A stretch of DNA of 64,000 bases. Origin: Eledone cirrhosa (Eukaryota). The notes below the pieces were generated by a model. The model was not told the origin of the DNA. It worked only from the letters and a program-made list of their open reading frames with translations, and ran no database searches. Within the stretch, counting starts at the first letter, position 1. Every line of letters starts with the position of its first letter. Position numbers and translations under genes: made by a program. Below, piece after piece: positions 13,057 through 27,658 of the stretch. The stretch is from NCBI GenBank assembly GCA_964016885.1, contig OZ024741.1, positions 203,298,001 through 203,362,000 of the forward strand. Direction: 5' to 3'.

Positions 13057-13102
<46 letters not shown>

Positions 13103-13989
13103 AAAGACAGAAAGAGAAAGGTATATAGAGTATATAGAGTATAGAGGAAGAATCGTCAGGTGTACTTTTGTTTAAATCAACTGTGAAGATATGAAAGGGG
13201 AAGTTGAACCTAGCAAGATTTGAACTCATAGTTTAGGGGACCAAAACTAAATACCGTTAGGCATATTTAATTGCTTTAGCATTTGCCTCACCATCTTTAA
13301 TATCCATCTTATATATATTTTACTTTGAATAAAGATAATAATGTTACACCAAGTACATTATACGTTAATAGTTCTCGAATTAATTGTGTGTCATTTCTTC
13401 TAGTGAAAGGGGTTTCGGTATAGCCATATTAGAACAAACTGTTTTTATTTAAGTTTCCTCTCTGTGATTCCCAATCCCATATTATTTACCATCAATTTTG
13501 ATGCTGTTTCATGCTACGACTGTTTAATTCTGAAGCCTCTTGGAATGAAAACAATTCCACGAGCAAAGTTAAAAAAGAATAATTTAATGTCAATCATTAG
13601 GGATGGTTAGAGAGTCAATTGACCGTTAGCTATAATATTTACCAGATAATACACAGACAAATCATCAGAAATAAAAACTTCCGGCCGCGTGCGGAAGCCT
13701 CACCCTCAATGGAAAACAATCAAAGATTATAGGAGACACTGATGCATCAATGGAATTAAACCTCTTCAGATGCAGTAGAGCGGGCTGTGTGGTTTGTCTA
13801 TTAGGTTCAAGTCGTAGGTGTCTATGGGCACATCAAAACCTATAGGACGCCACTGGCTCTTTGACGCTTCGTTAAAGATTAAAAACGAAGACGAATTGAC
13901 GACTCTTGGGACCTAAACTGATATAATAAAAATGGGAATGTAATTCAACTTTGCAATATATTCTAGCTTCCTTCGTTTTCACACACACA

Positions 13990-14067
<78 letters not shown>

Positions 14068-14879
14068 CTTACACACGCACACACATGCGCACGGATAGAC
14101 AAATACACAATCACACACACACACATATATATATATATATACACACACACAGGCACAAATATGTAATCGCAATACACGGTCGCACAGAAACACACACATA
14201 CATACATACACACATACACACATATATACATGCACGCATACATACATACATACATACATACTCATAAACATGGTTGTGTGTGAATATATGCTTAAGCTAA
14301 TGTATATGCGTATATTCAATCGGGAGGGATTCGCTATCTATTTTATATCGTGCCTGTATATGTGTTTACGTGTGTGTATGTATAGATGTGTATGCCTGTA
14401 CGTGTGTAAGTGTTTGTTTTGCGTGAGTGTGTATATGTGTGAAAGTATTTTTAAATGGTATAACAGTAATCATCAGTCATTCTAGTTTGTATTATACGAG
14501 TATGGTGTAGATATGTTGTGAGTTGTTATTGTTGTTGGACCTCCGTCGGTTGTCACGATGAGTGTTCCGTTTGTTTCGATCAAGTGAACAGTCTGATCGT
14601 GAAATCAACGTGCAAGAGGTTCGGTAATATACAGGCACATTTACCCTTATCGTATTTCTCAGGGAGGGAGATTCAGTGTGACAGTGTGTGACAAGGCTTT
14701 CCCTTTAAATTACAGATGCAGTTCAGTTTGTATAATAGTATAAGTGGTTAATCATTCCACAGACACGTGCGTCCTTACTGTAATTCTCAAAGAGTTTCAG
14801 TGCGACACACTGTGTGACAAGGCTGACACGTCACTGCGGATCCACCATAGACTCTTTTGGCCTCCACTCGATTTCTGAC

Positions 14880-15330
14880 CGCCTTCCACGCTGTGTTGCT
14901 CTAAACGAAGTCATAAAGCATGGCTTGGATGCTTTCCATCCCAGCTCGAGCCGTTGGGGCTGGACTGAGGGGACGACAAAAGGCCAGACGGCATGACCAT
15001 CTTCACGTTCCGCGGTGGTAAACCCCTCGTCTGGGATGCCACATGCAGCGACACATTTTCAAGCGGCAACTTGGTGCAGTCTGCGACTAACCCTGGCTCC
15101 AAATATCAGTTGCTCTCCGACAGGTTTGTAGTCGAGCCTCTAGCAGTGGAGACGTCCGGTGTCCTTGGCCCTAGGACTACCTCCCTACTCACCACCATAG
15201 GCGTATAGCTGGCTAGCCGCAGGTGTGAGCATCGTGAGCTGGAAATGTTCTTCCAGCGCAACTCCCTCACCATCCTCCGAGGAAACGCCTTCTCTATTCT
15301 GTCTGCCGGGGCCGTGGGACGGCCAGCACG
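14880..15330 (+). mobile_element. CRE-clade LINE 3' fragment (restriction-like endonuclease)
   Basis: ALNEVIK...EP.G...GDDKRPDGMTIFTFRGGKPLVWDATCSDTF...VEPLAVETSGVLG...QRNSLTILRGNA, broken by frameshifts. Confidence 0.8.
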
Positions 15331-15962
15331 TGGGACTCCATTTGCTCATAATAGTGAGAGATGCAGAGGGCGGGATACGGAGGCGATAACAGTGGGAGTT
15401 CTGTTCCTCTGTGTTTGGACTTCGTGTACATGTGTGTGTATGTTCTATCAGTCTATCAGTGTTTCTATCCAGTCATTGATATTGTTACAACACACAATGA
15501 GTAAATACATGCTAAGAGAACGGTGGCACGGTTTCCATCTCCGACTACAACGGACGTGAATAACTGATATAAAATTATCTGAAAAAGCCCTTTATTCTAC
15601 GATACCAAACAGTTTTAAAACCTTCCATCATAATTTCGTGTTAGAAACTTATTTATGTTATGTTCGAAACAGCTTAATTATGAGAAATTTGGTTATAGTA
15701 TTAAATCCCTCCAAATTCATGACTATTCTCGAAATTATATGAAAATCATAATCAGTCTCTTTCATTAAAAATATGATAATGAAAGGGTTAAAGTATTTAT
15801 ATTTATCTAAGCCAAGTATAAAGCAGACATTCTACAAAACATCTTGCTAGTGTTGACTATAAACAAAATATATTAAACGTATTTAGTGTGAATAAATATG
15901 TAGCTGATATATTTTCGCGTCGTCATATTCGCGAAGTTTTGTACAAATATACCGCAAACGTG

Positions 15963-16082
15963 AAGGCGTGTGGCTGAGTGGTTAGATAATTGGATTCGCA
16001 ATGGGGAGGTTGTGAGTTCGATTCCCGGACCGGGTGATGTGTTATGTCCTTGAGCAAGACACTTTATTTCACGTTGCTCCTT
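15963..16082 (+). mobile_element. tRNA-derived SINE head and core
   Basis: A box TGGCTGAGTGG, B box GAGTTCGATTCC, then gtccttgagcaagacactttatttcacgttgctcc. Other copies at ~26880, ~31335, ~40790 (+) and ~44570-44905, ~53280-53575, ~61740-61885 (-). Confidence 0.8.
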
Positions 16083-17704
16083 CTACCTGGAGTTGCGACC
16101 GATAGATAGTATTAGCAATTGGAAAGACCAACGGAAAAGTTGCTTCCTCAGTCGGATTTGACGAAAGTCGATCGTTCAAAAAAAAAAAAAAAATACCGCA
16201 AACCATTGGATTGAGAGATTCATTGGCTAAAATAATCGGCAGCAAAGTAAATATTAAAACAGTTAAACGATAATTAGTTGCCACACTGAAGTTCTCGAAA
16301 CAATATTTCGATATATATATATGAATATATGCGTGTGGGATAAGACGTTACTAGTTAAAGGCTAGTAAAACCAATATTAACTTAGTACTCGATACTTTAT
16401 TTAATACGTGCAAACTTTACATTTGAATGGATTCATTTTGACGGTAGTGTTTACAAACACCCATACATATTCACACAAACATATTATCTTTATATGGAAC
16501 AATCCACCCCAGTATTCGAATGACACTTTTCTATCTGCTCCAAAAAGGATGAAAGACAAAGCTGACTTCGACAGGAATTGAATTCAGAACGTGGATAAAC
16601 GGAACGAATTACGTAAAGCATTCTGTCCGACCTTCTAACGACTCTGCCAATTCGCCGCCTTGAATTTATATACACACTCAAGGTTATGAAATGGAAAAAA
16701 TTAAGGTTTAGAAATTTAAAAAAGTAGCCACAAGGCCAGCAAACTTCATTGTTGGGGTGGGGTAAATTGAATCTACCTCAGTATTTTATTTGTACTTTAT
16801 TTTATTGATCTTGGAAAGATGAAAAGCAAAGTTGTAACGATGAAAAGCAGAGTTCTAACGAAAAACTGCAAAGCATTTGTCCGAAGCCCTACTGATTCTG
16901 ACGATCCACCGCCATTACATTAGTCTATTAATCTTTCCTTACGATATTTCAAATTAAAGACACTGTCTATTGTTTACAAATAACTTTGAAAATAATCAAA
17001 ACTTTTGGAAAGATTTTGTAATATAACTTTCTCATCATTGAGGTGTTGTGGTAACATAGCTATAGAAAGGTTCTTATATAAAATTATGATGAAATGTATT
17101 TAGATAAATATATACACTCTAACTCTATCGTAACTATATTTCTAATAAAAGAGACTTTCCATGAATTTCAAATAATTTTGAAAATAATGAAGGGTTGGGA
17201 AGGATTTCTCATTATTTAGCTGGAGCATAAATTAACAAACGCTCTTACACATAATTAAGATAGAAAGATTTTAGATAAATATAAACATTTAAAAACAGTT
17301 ATGTATCATAGAACGAGAGGCAGTTTAAAGTGGTTTAGTATGGAAGTAGAAGAGTGTAGTGTGATGTGAGTGACAATGAGAAATGAGTAGAAGTCGTCAG
17401 CGTACATGTGGTTATGTCATACTGAATCTTTAATAATGCCACCAACTGGTCGATGTTATCAATGGTTCAACGACTGTTATACCCCCCTTTTCCTGTTTTC
17501 ATTCACTAGTCTTCAAACCTTTACGTTTATTTGAATAGTTATGGTACGGTAGTAATATTTCATTTCATTTCATTTTATGAATGAATGGATGTTTTCCTTT
17601 ACAATTAAATCGTTTTAAATCCTCCACCCAAGAGTTTCAAAATAAAGTTATAACTATTTTAAACGTGTACTTCCAATGGGATCTTCCGTAGTTTTATACA
17701 TAAA

Positions 17705-18120
17705 AGTATGCGTATTTTGTATGTCTAGCGATATACGGTATGTTTACGAATATACATTTTGAAAGACTTCAGCTATGAATTTGGAAACTGATGGCGTAAC
17801 GCCATCTAGCGAATTCCACAAAATAGGCATACTTATTAGAGCGAAACCTTAATTCCATATTCCAGCTGAACTAGCTGGTAGCTCTATATACAAATGAGGC
17901 TAATCAGCCCATATATAGGTGTCAAAACTATATGTTTTCGCTTATATTGAGTTCAAGAAGAGTCAGAAACGACGTCGTTATCAATAAACCACCCTTTGCT
18001 TCTGTTGGTATCCGCTAGATGGCTCTACGTCATCAATTTCCAAATTCATAGCTGATGGCTTTCAAATGTTTATTTGTAAACATACCGTATATATCTAGAT
18101 ATACAAAATACTTATATGTA
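17705..18120. mobile_element. MITE-like element with ~115-bp imperfect terminal inverted repeats
   Basis: cagctatgaatttggaaactgatg...gccatctagcg matches cgctagatggc...catcaatttccaaattcatagctg. Confidence 0.7.
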
Positions 18121-18145
18121 TACAGCTATGTTAAAGCGAACACCT

Positions 18146-18176
<31 letters not shown>

Positions 18177-18563
18177 ATGGGTGTGTGTATGTATGTGCGT
18201 GTGTATGTGTGTGTGTGCCGCGCGCGCGCATGTGTGTGTGTGTTTGTTTAAAAAGCACAGGGGTATATTTAAAGATTAATTTTTTTTTAGTCGGAATAAT
18301 GAATGTTTTCTTTTAAATTGTTATATTAAATAGATTTAGATTTTGTCAAATATCGTAGAATTTGATTTATCACTTTATTTTGAACCACACATTCAGATTT
18401 GTCTTGCTAGTCCAAGCTCAAAGGGTATTTGGGGATTCACAGAGAGGGAGAGGGAGAGAAAGTGGAGAAATGTGAGAGAGATAGGGGGAGGGCTGAGGCA
18501 GAGACAGTGTGAGGGTGAAGAAGGGAGGAAAGGAAAGATCAGTTATCAAATATCATTTGTATA

Positions 18564-19569
18564 TCAACAATCTTCAATTTCTAATGTGAATAAGTTATTG
18601 TCAAGTTGGTCAAGGTCTTCATCATCAAACAAGTTTTCGTCAATTTATACATTTGCAGCTTCCTCTCTGTTCACTGCTGAAAGGGCAGTTACTTCCGACA
18701 TCTTGTTTTCTTCATTTTCTTTCTCAAATAACTTCTTCTCGGGTTCCACAGGAGTCATTATCTTCCATTGCAACAAATAACTCCGTGTTGATATCATTAA
18801 AGGATCCATTATAACTATCTTCACTTTCATCATCAGATATTGCTCGACTGTAACCAAAATCGACAGGTCCTTCATCATCTTGACCACAAATTCCAACTAT
18901 ACGTCCTGATTTAAATTCTCCTTTCTTCTTTTCTTTTTCCTGGCTATAAATAGCAATTTTCTTTTTTTTCCTCCGTTCCTTTCTTTCCGAGAAGGTTTCC
19001 AAAGTAATCTTTGTTCTTATCTAAAGCAAAGCTGATCTCTCTTTATTAATTCTTCCTGAGAAATTTCATCTTTTCTAACATATTTTGGTCTCTTTTCAAC
19101 ATAAATCCTGCTGGTAAACAATTCCCAAACCAACCAAACTTGTTGTTTTCGAGAGCAACTAAAATGTATTTTGAAAATTGTAGTCTTATTACTCACCCCA
19201 TGTATATAACAATTTCTTCCAGCTTCTGCTGGTTGTAATCATTCATTGTCTCTTCTTAGCGTGTATCTTCATAGATATTATTTCAGCTCCTTTTCTCCCG
19301 ATGGCTAAATCATGGCAAAATTTACAGGTACCTCATTTTGTACAGAGGCCTTGATTGAAAAAGACACATAATGCAAACTTGGGGTGAGCACCTTTTAGTG
19401 CAGATCCAGTTCAGACAATTTATTGTCACTGGTTTCCACATTTCACTTGGTGAGTGAAAGCTTTGATAAATTTCTATTGTTTGGCTCCATATTTGTTCTT
19501 CAAACCAAACTTCTTATCTTAAATTATTTTTTCTTTCTTAACGTCGGGTTTCCTGGCTATCAGAGGCAT
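18564..19569 (-). pseudogene. ZC3H15: Processed pseudogene of zinc-finger CCCH protein 15 (ZC3H15/Lerepo4/Tma46 family)
   Basis: KKEKII*DKKFGLKNKYGAKQ*KFIKA; CVFFNQGLCTK*GTCKFCHDL; KDEISQEELI; KITLETF; C-terminal IDENLFDDEDLDQL. Colinear with ZC3H15, intronless, with stops and frameshifts. Confidence 0.88.
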
Positions 19570-19759
19570 TTTTGAAGCTGTAAATATATTTTTTGAGCTA
19601 CTTTATCGAAGGAAAAAAAGAAAAGGGGGCAAACTTGTAAGAGGCTAGACCGCCGGACGGGGGAAGTTTTCCTGATATTATAAAGTTGGCTACAATACAG
19701 TCCTACTTTTGAACTCCACGTATAAGACACAAGATAAGGAAATATGAAATATATATAAG

Positions 19760-19937
19760 TAATAACTGTTTCTACTTTAGGCACAAGGCCAGCAATTACC
19801 CAGTGCATTACTGGTACTTTATTTTATCGACCCCGTAAGGCAAAGTCAACATCGGCGGGATTTGAACTCAGATCGTAAAGGGACGTAACTATGCTGGAAA
19901 GCATGGCGTCCGACCCTCTACCGATACTGCCAATATT
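19760..19937 (-). mobile_element. Octopus-type tRNA SINE (ggattggcagtatc...gagttcaaatcccgccg...ggggtcgataaaataaagtaccagt family)
   Basis: Reverse complement of the copies at 49218-49600 and 57330-57520. Degenerate copies at ~13150, ~16500, ~16730, ~25322, ~26625 and ~56200. Confidence 0.8.
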
Positions 19938-19947
19938 ACCTTCCAGT

Positions 19948-20037
<90 letters not shown>

Positions 20038-20645
20038 TGCTCCTTCGTTGAGCTGATTTTAGCCCCATACAAACGGCTGTTATTTCTAGCAGCACGAGTA
20101 TGAGGCTAGCTCGACACTGGATAACCGCATGGGGTTACCTCGTGCGCTAAACAGTCTTCCTAAATATTTTGAAGTGGAACATACCAATTTTTATAGTGCT
20201 TGCTGAGGAGATCAAAATGCGGTATTTTCTTCCACTTTTTCATTATTCGAAACATATTTGGATTTTAAGGTTTAAACCTGTCTACGGAACAGGTTTGATT
20301 TTGAAATTTAAATTTGTCCAAGCACTACGGCCATTGCCAATATAATTTGCTTTTGTTGATCTTAAGTCATGATAGGCAAACTGTAATATTATTATTAGTA
20401 TATTTCTATCTAGCTAACTTGGTCATTTACAATACAAACATAACTATGAGGATATTTGTGTTTATCAAATATATTGTTTTGTGTTAACCTATATTACACG
20501 GCTCAGGAATAATCTTCCTTCGAGCTATTTCATTGTAAATGATCGCCTGAGATTTGAACTCATTATTATTGATTTTTTATATATATATATATATATATAT
20601 TTACGTAGACAACGTATGAGTATGTAGGTGTTCTTTGATTTCTTT

Positions 20646-20691
<46 letters not shown>

Positions 20692-21126
20692 GGTATATAT
20701 ATACACAGAGGAATTTGTTGGTTAGTTCTTCAACTTCCTCCAAACAAGGACATGATACTAACATACTACTAATTCTGAATAAAATTATTATTGCTTTTGA
20801 AAACAGCTGGTGATATGCATGTAAGTAAATATTCTCTTTATCTGATATTTTGTAACTAACCTTACATAGATCAATAACGGAGTATAGCTACAATGTATTA
20901 TCATCACCTAGAAACGTTCGTAAAGCAGTGAAGTATATCTCTAATGACTTGATTTTTTATTTCATTGTTTTAACTTATATATATATATATTGTTTAGAAA
21001 ACGTAAGAGAAACACAAACATAAGATCGGGAATTGTCCTTATGTTTGTGTTTCTCTTAGTTTTCTATACAATATTTATCAGTAACCACACAACGCTTTTG
21101 TCACTTTTAATTCATATATATATATA

Positions 21127-21742
21127 TAATTAAAACAGTGACATAAACAGGTTAATTTTCGTTGGGTTCTGGATCCCAACTCATTCAGCCTGCCATAAGA
21201 AACATATCAAAGGGACGATATTAGAAAGATCTACCACCTATTTTAATGGGTCGAAATTGTGTCGCCTTTGTAATTCAGAAAAATGGCATATACTCTCACA
21301 GCTAGCTTCAGAAAAACATTGCATTAATACACGGTTGGTTTGCATTGGCCGCTGTCAATGAAAACGATTATTCTGAGTACATGGCTTAGAACTGACTAAC
21401 AGGTCAAGAAATATACTTTGATTTACTGACTATTTTATATATCAAGGAAATTGGATTCTTTGAGTCAGCTGGAAAAAATTATTTTTCTTCTATTTTTCTT
21501 CAACGTTGACTGTGTTCTTGCAAGAGTTATCTCCCTCGATCGCTCATAATTTAAAAACATCCTTTTAAAACTAATTTCTAGATTACCTGTATTTGTTTAA
21601 ACTCTTACGATATATTTCTGAAAGAAAATCACAATCAACCCAAGACGGCCATCTTTATTATCATTTTTCTTATGACAGGCTGAATGAGTTAAGGCACCCA
21701 ACGAAACTTAAGTACCTGTTTATGTCACTGTTGTAATTATAT
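21127..21742. mobile_element. Element with divergent inverted HHR-bearing ends (CUGAAUGA core)
   Basis: + strand 21675-21719: acagg-CTGAATGA-gtt..aac-GAAACTTAAGTA-cctgt. The left arm on - has stem II GTTGGG/CCCAAC. Confidence 0.75.
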
Positions 21743-21810
21743 ATATACTAAACTCGTCCTATGGACTGAGTACTCTTACCCTTGGATTTTTCTACCAAAC
21801 TTTTACAACA

Positions 21811-21867
<57 letters not shown>

Positions 21868-21871
<4 letters not shown>

Positions 21872-23068
21872 TATGTATACGTACATACATATATGTATAC
21901 AGACATACAGTAGTATGTATATATATATACATACATGCACACATATATATATGTACGTATGGATTCACCGAACATTTATTATAATGCTCGGCGTGTTTGT
22001 AAACAAACATCCCGAATTAAGCCGTACAGTGTCTAGCAACCATCGATGCTAATTTGTTCAACACTGACAAAGGAACGCTGTACAAGTTTCAAGCTTATTA
22101 GCTATCGTCAGCAACGTATACCTTCCTGCCAGATGATTGAACGTCTGAAAGTATATACTTTCCTTATGCATATTAACGGCTGAGCAGCCCAATTTGCATA
22201 TCGAGTGAGTTAATCGGCCGGGCGCACCGAAAACGATAAACGGAAAAAATGAAATGAAATTTCATTTCTCACTCTTAATACGGCTGTTACTTAAATATAA
22301 GTATGTATACGTACATACATATATGTATACAGACATACAGTAGTATGCATATATATATATAAATACATGCACACATATATATGTACGTATGGATTCACCG
22401 AACATTTATTATAATGCTCGGTGTGTTTGTAAACAAACATCCCGTATTAAGCCGTAGTGTCTAGCAACCATCGTTGCTCATCGGTGAATCCATACGTGCA
22501 TATATATATGTGTGCATGTTTGTATATATATATACATACTACTGTACGTCTGTATACATATATGTATGTACGTATACATACTTATATTTAAGTAACAGCC
22601 GTACTAAGAGTGAGAAATGAAATTTCATTTCATTTTTCCGTTTATCGTTTTCGGTGCGCCCGGCCGATTAACTCACTCGATATGCAAATTAGGCTGCTCA
22701 GCCGTTAATATGCATAAGGAAAGTATATACTTTCAGACGTTCAATCATCTGGCAAAGGTATACGTTGCTGACGATAGCTAATAAGCTTGAAACTAGTACA
22801 GCGTTCCTTTGTCAGTGTTGAACAAAAAGGCAACGATGGTTGCAAGACACTGTACGGCTTAATTCGGGATGTTTGTTTACAAACACACCGAGCATTATAA
22901 TAAATGTTCGGTGAATCCATACGTACATATATATATATGTGTGCACATATGTATATATATACATACTACTGTACGTCTGTATACATATATATATGTACGT
23001 GAACATACTTATATTTAAGTAACAGCCGTACTAAGTGTGAGAAATGAAATTTCGTTTCATTTTTTCCG
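21868..23068. mobile_element. Retrozyme-like head-to-head array, subfamily B; junction ~22480
   Basis: acgttg-CTGACGA-tagct-aata-agctt-GAAACTAGTA-cagcgt at ~22762-22805; (TA)n flanks. Confidence 0.85.
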
Positions 23069-26000
23069 TATATATATTTATATATATATATATATAAACA
23101 TATGCAGCGTGTTGTCCTTGGTGTCCTTCAGAAAGGTGTTTTATTTCAGGCTGCTCCAGCCGGAAAAAATTACTTGTACCTGTTTATCAAATGGTCAGGC
23201 TTATCCCATTCTGCGCCATCCTGAATATCTCAGAGAATTACGTTGGAGTACATGTGTCTGTGAAATACTAAGCTACTTTTATGTTAACTTCACGAGTTGG
23301 CTCTTCCGTTGATCAAACAACTGGAACACTTGTCTGTATTGAACAATGTCCAACAACAACATATACATGTGTGAGATTGTGTGTATGTGCTTGTGTGCGC
23401 GCGTGTGTGTTTGTATGTGTTTTTTTGTTTGCGGGTGCCTGTGTGCGTGTGAGTATGAGTGCGTGTGTATTGTTCTTTGGTTTCATTCAGTCTGTGTGGC
23501 TGGATGGAGAAAGCTGAGGCATTTCCGAGAGATGTGAAAGAAGGGAAAGATATTTGATTGCTATTCCTATATGATAATGAAGGAATATCCAAATAAATCT
23601 TCGTTACAGCTACTCTATCTTAATGTGTAAATTAACCTTAACTCAGTCTTTTCTTCGATACTAATAGACACATATCGAAACATCGCTGTTAACCTACTCC
23701 TATACTAACCACTACCTTTTATACTGACATTATTTAACAGCTTTGTATCAAATCAATTCATATGTAATTCAATGGTATTTATCTCACTGCTTATCCAACT
23801 CCACTAACTAAAAGTCTTTCTTTCCTCTGCCCGACATATATTGGTATACATATCACACCAACGCCTCTTTCCAATTGAAGCCACCCCAGTCTCTTTCCAA
23901 TTGGAAGCGACATAATTACGGATGTGTATTGTTGAACCCCATTGCTGGTGGAGAAATGCTGTTCTTTAAATTTAGGGTTTCATTTTACTTTGTTACATCA
24001 AAGTTAAATTTAGGTGAGTCAGTTTAAATTACGAAAGAAACCAATACTTTATTTATACAGGCGATTTCCAGAAGCTTGTTTCAAACCAACAGTTTACCAT
24101 TTAATATATCTGCTTTGCTTGCAGACGACAGAGATAAGTGATTTCGCAATTTCGCTTTCATTTCCGTTCTTCTCTCACTTTACGTTTTGATAGCAAGTTC
24201 CATCTTATATTTTGACGACAGTAATTGCTTTAGGACGTCCCCACCATCGGCTTTTAGAAGTATTAGATTTCTCCACTTACTTTGATTTCTTGAAAACATT
24301 CATCATTATTTCTCCATCTTTCCTCAATTGCTGTAACAGACAAACACAGGCAGAATCAAAGAATCGCTATTTTTAGTTCAAGCTTCATGAATGAATAAAA
24401 TAATGTAGTTTTACCTGTTTCTTACTTCGCTCACTCAGTTGCGAGATTCTTTTACTTTTCTTCATTCTGTTAAAAAAGGAAGAAAAAGTATTTAAAGTGA
24501 AAGGATAAAATAGTCACTTGTAACGGAGTTGAATTAGTGTAAAATCGATATATGTTACTTTTGAGATATATAACGTCCAGGCTTTCACACACAAAAAACA
24601 ACAACAACAGAATAGAAAAAATTCTCCCTATTCATGAGAAATTAAACTATTATTTTAAATATTTGAATTAATGGAGAAAGTAGCTGACATTGTGCAAAGA
24701 TGCACGGTTAGAGTGTTCGGCCCATAATTGTAAGGTCATTTGTTCGATTCCAGGGGCCGCGTTGTGTTTTTGAGCATGAAAATATTCAACAACAAATTCT
24801 TTTTCACTTTAAATCTATTTATGCTTCTTTTTCCTTCCGTTGGCCTTACTGTTTTATCTCTGTCTTGTTTTTGTTTCTTAACTGTCATGATTTACTAGCT
24901 CTATACGAATGTTTAAATTGATTATATGAATACATAAAAACACTTTATTTGACATTGCTTCAGTCCTCTTAGCTGGCAAAAGTGAGTTGCACTTGTCATA
25001 CAAAGTCAACTCATTTCATATAACCAACTAAACCCCTTCTAAGTTTCATGAACACCGCAGTTGCCATTTCTCTCTGACCTATTTTGAATGGTTTTATAAG
25101 AAACAAATATTTCACAAAATATATGTCAATACTGTATCACATGAACCAAGTTTCCGGCGAAATAAATTGTCAAACAGTTTCTTCTGATGATTTCCTTGGG
25201 AAATGCTTGAGTGTCTTAACTTCCTGTTTTCCACGCCTATGTGTCTTAACTTCCTGCTTTTCATGCAGATAAGATTTTAACCCCATGATTAAAGTAAGAA
25301 ATCAATACTTTGCCAGTAAAATAGGTGGTGGATTGCCAAAATTGATAGAGTATCTGATAAGATGCCATCACGGTATTTGTTCTGAGTTCAATTCCTGCTA
25401 AGATCAACTTTGTCTTTTATCCTTGCGGAAATGATAAAATAAAATACCAATCAAGTACTGGGGTTGATTTAATCTACTTTGCCCTTTCCCTCAAATTTGT
25501 TGGCATTGTGCCTAAATTATAAATCAATATTTTGCCTGAAAAATGTGAACTACTCAGAAATATATTAAACATTCTGCTATTTCAGTGAAGACGGCCTCAA
25601 GAATATAGAAATGCAAGAGAGGAATTTCCTGTTTATTATCTTTTACGTAATATTTGAGATGTTTAAAGACAGGAGGTGTGTTATTTTGTTGGATCTCAAG
25701 TGTCTTCTTGGCAGGGTTCATTAATACAGGGATGGTATTTTATGTTTTTATTTATTATTTGCTAGGTCTGGAGGAAACGGATGTGCCTGTGATATTTACA
25801 GGCCTTCCCAGACCAATGAATTGAGCTGTTGATGTGCAGATTAAATTGCTGCAGGCCGACTCATGCAGGAAAGACATGTGTTAGTTCTAGAGTAAGGGGC
25901 CGTGGTCTATGACCTTTGCAGCCCCCCGAGATTTGTTGATGTTTCAGTTTAATGTTTCAGTTTATGTTTCAGTTTAAATTGATGCACATCGACTCATGCA

Positions 26001-27609
26001 ACAAAATGTACAGGTGAAAAATTCCAGGTAAATAACGTTGTGGTGAGATATGACTGGGTTTAGTAGCTAAAAAGGTAGCAGAATATTAGGCATTAAATAA
26101 TTCAGGCATTAAACTACTGACATACTGAGGCACAGTCTTAAAGTCAGTCATATTGACCCCGGAACTAATTTTATCGATTTCTTGTTTTCTTTTTGAAATG
26201 TTTTTAATATTATTTATTTGTTTTTGAAACCTTGCGAAGTTGTTAAACCTTATTTATTTTCTTTATAAATTTCCTGAGGATATACGGATTATAGGTAATA
26301 TGTATGGTGTAGTTAATTTTTACCTAATAATTTCCAATTGTTCTGCAAATGTGTGTACCATTGTAACTGTATTGAAACGAACGTAAATAAAGGAATAAAC
26401 GTAATGGCGTAACCTTGATTTTTCCTACTATTGTATTTTATATATATATGTATATATATATATATATATCATGATAAAGTAGTAGAGGTGCCATATTGAC
26501 ATATGTCGTTTCTTAGGGCACTTTTAAACTTGGCGGAGCCCATCCTCTTTCCAGGCATGGATATAGCAGATTTCTTACAGAGAAGGACAGAGAGTGAGAA
26601 AAAGAGATATAGAGGAAGACGCGTCACCAGTACCAGATTGTTTTCCATCGACCTGGAATGGATGAAAGGCTAATTTGACCTCGGTAGGATTTGAACTGAG
26701 ATAGCAGACAGCCGGAACAAATGCGGCAAAGCACTCTATCCAACGTTCTATGCCATGTGTCGTTTGCTTTGTCATTTTTATTTACTTTTTACACACACAC
26801 ATATGTAATTCTACATCAATGGGTGTGGGACTGGAAGTCAGTATTAGCTTCAAATTAATAATTTTATTCGAGGCCTATGAAGGCGCGTGGCTAAGCGTGT
26901 TAGGCTCACGGTAGTAGTGTCATGAGTTCGGTTTCTAGGCCGAGCGCCGCGTCGCAACCTTTATCTCACGTTGCTCCAGTTTTCTCGGCTGGAAAAAAAT
27001 TGAGTTGCTTTTCCTTCGGACAAGATCGATGTCATGAAATGGGGAGACTCTCATGCAACGATGACTGCTGGTCTTCCACAAAAAGACCTTTGTACAGGTT
27101 TTCCAGGTGCAGTCTCGCAGCCAGAGTAATTTTCGCAAGAGTGACTTCTTTCACAATTTTAACTGGGATAAATTTATGGTTGACCCGAAGGCTTGGTTAC
27201 TTATTACATAGGAGTGGTAAATCACTGTAAAAATTTGTGTAATCATTTAGTAAATATATACCATCTAAGGCAAGAAACTATCCCATATGTATATCATTGA
27301 GAATATTTTGTGTTTTAATAGTAAAAATGTTTATTTTATTTTTTGTTTAATATATAGGACCCCCCTCCCCAAATATAAATATTCCAGCAGAAAAATCTGA
27401 TCTAACTTGCGGTTTTCACATTTACTTACAGTCAGAACGATCAAACGAGCAAGGAAAAGAGGCATACGCTCCAGGCTTTCATACAAACACTTTACTCGTA
27501 TATATATATATATAAACGTGTGTGTGTGCGCGCGTATGTGCGTTTGTGTGTGTGTTTGTGTGTGTTTGTGTATGTGTGTATGTGTTTGTATGTGTGTGTG
27601 TATGTGTAT

Positions 27610-27658
<49 letters not shown>

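Noticed and set aside
15963-16035. tRNA gene
   Set aside because: A and B boxes are present but run into the SINE core with no clean cloverleaf.
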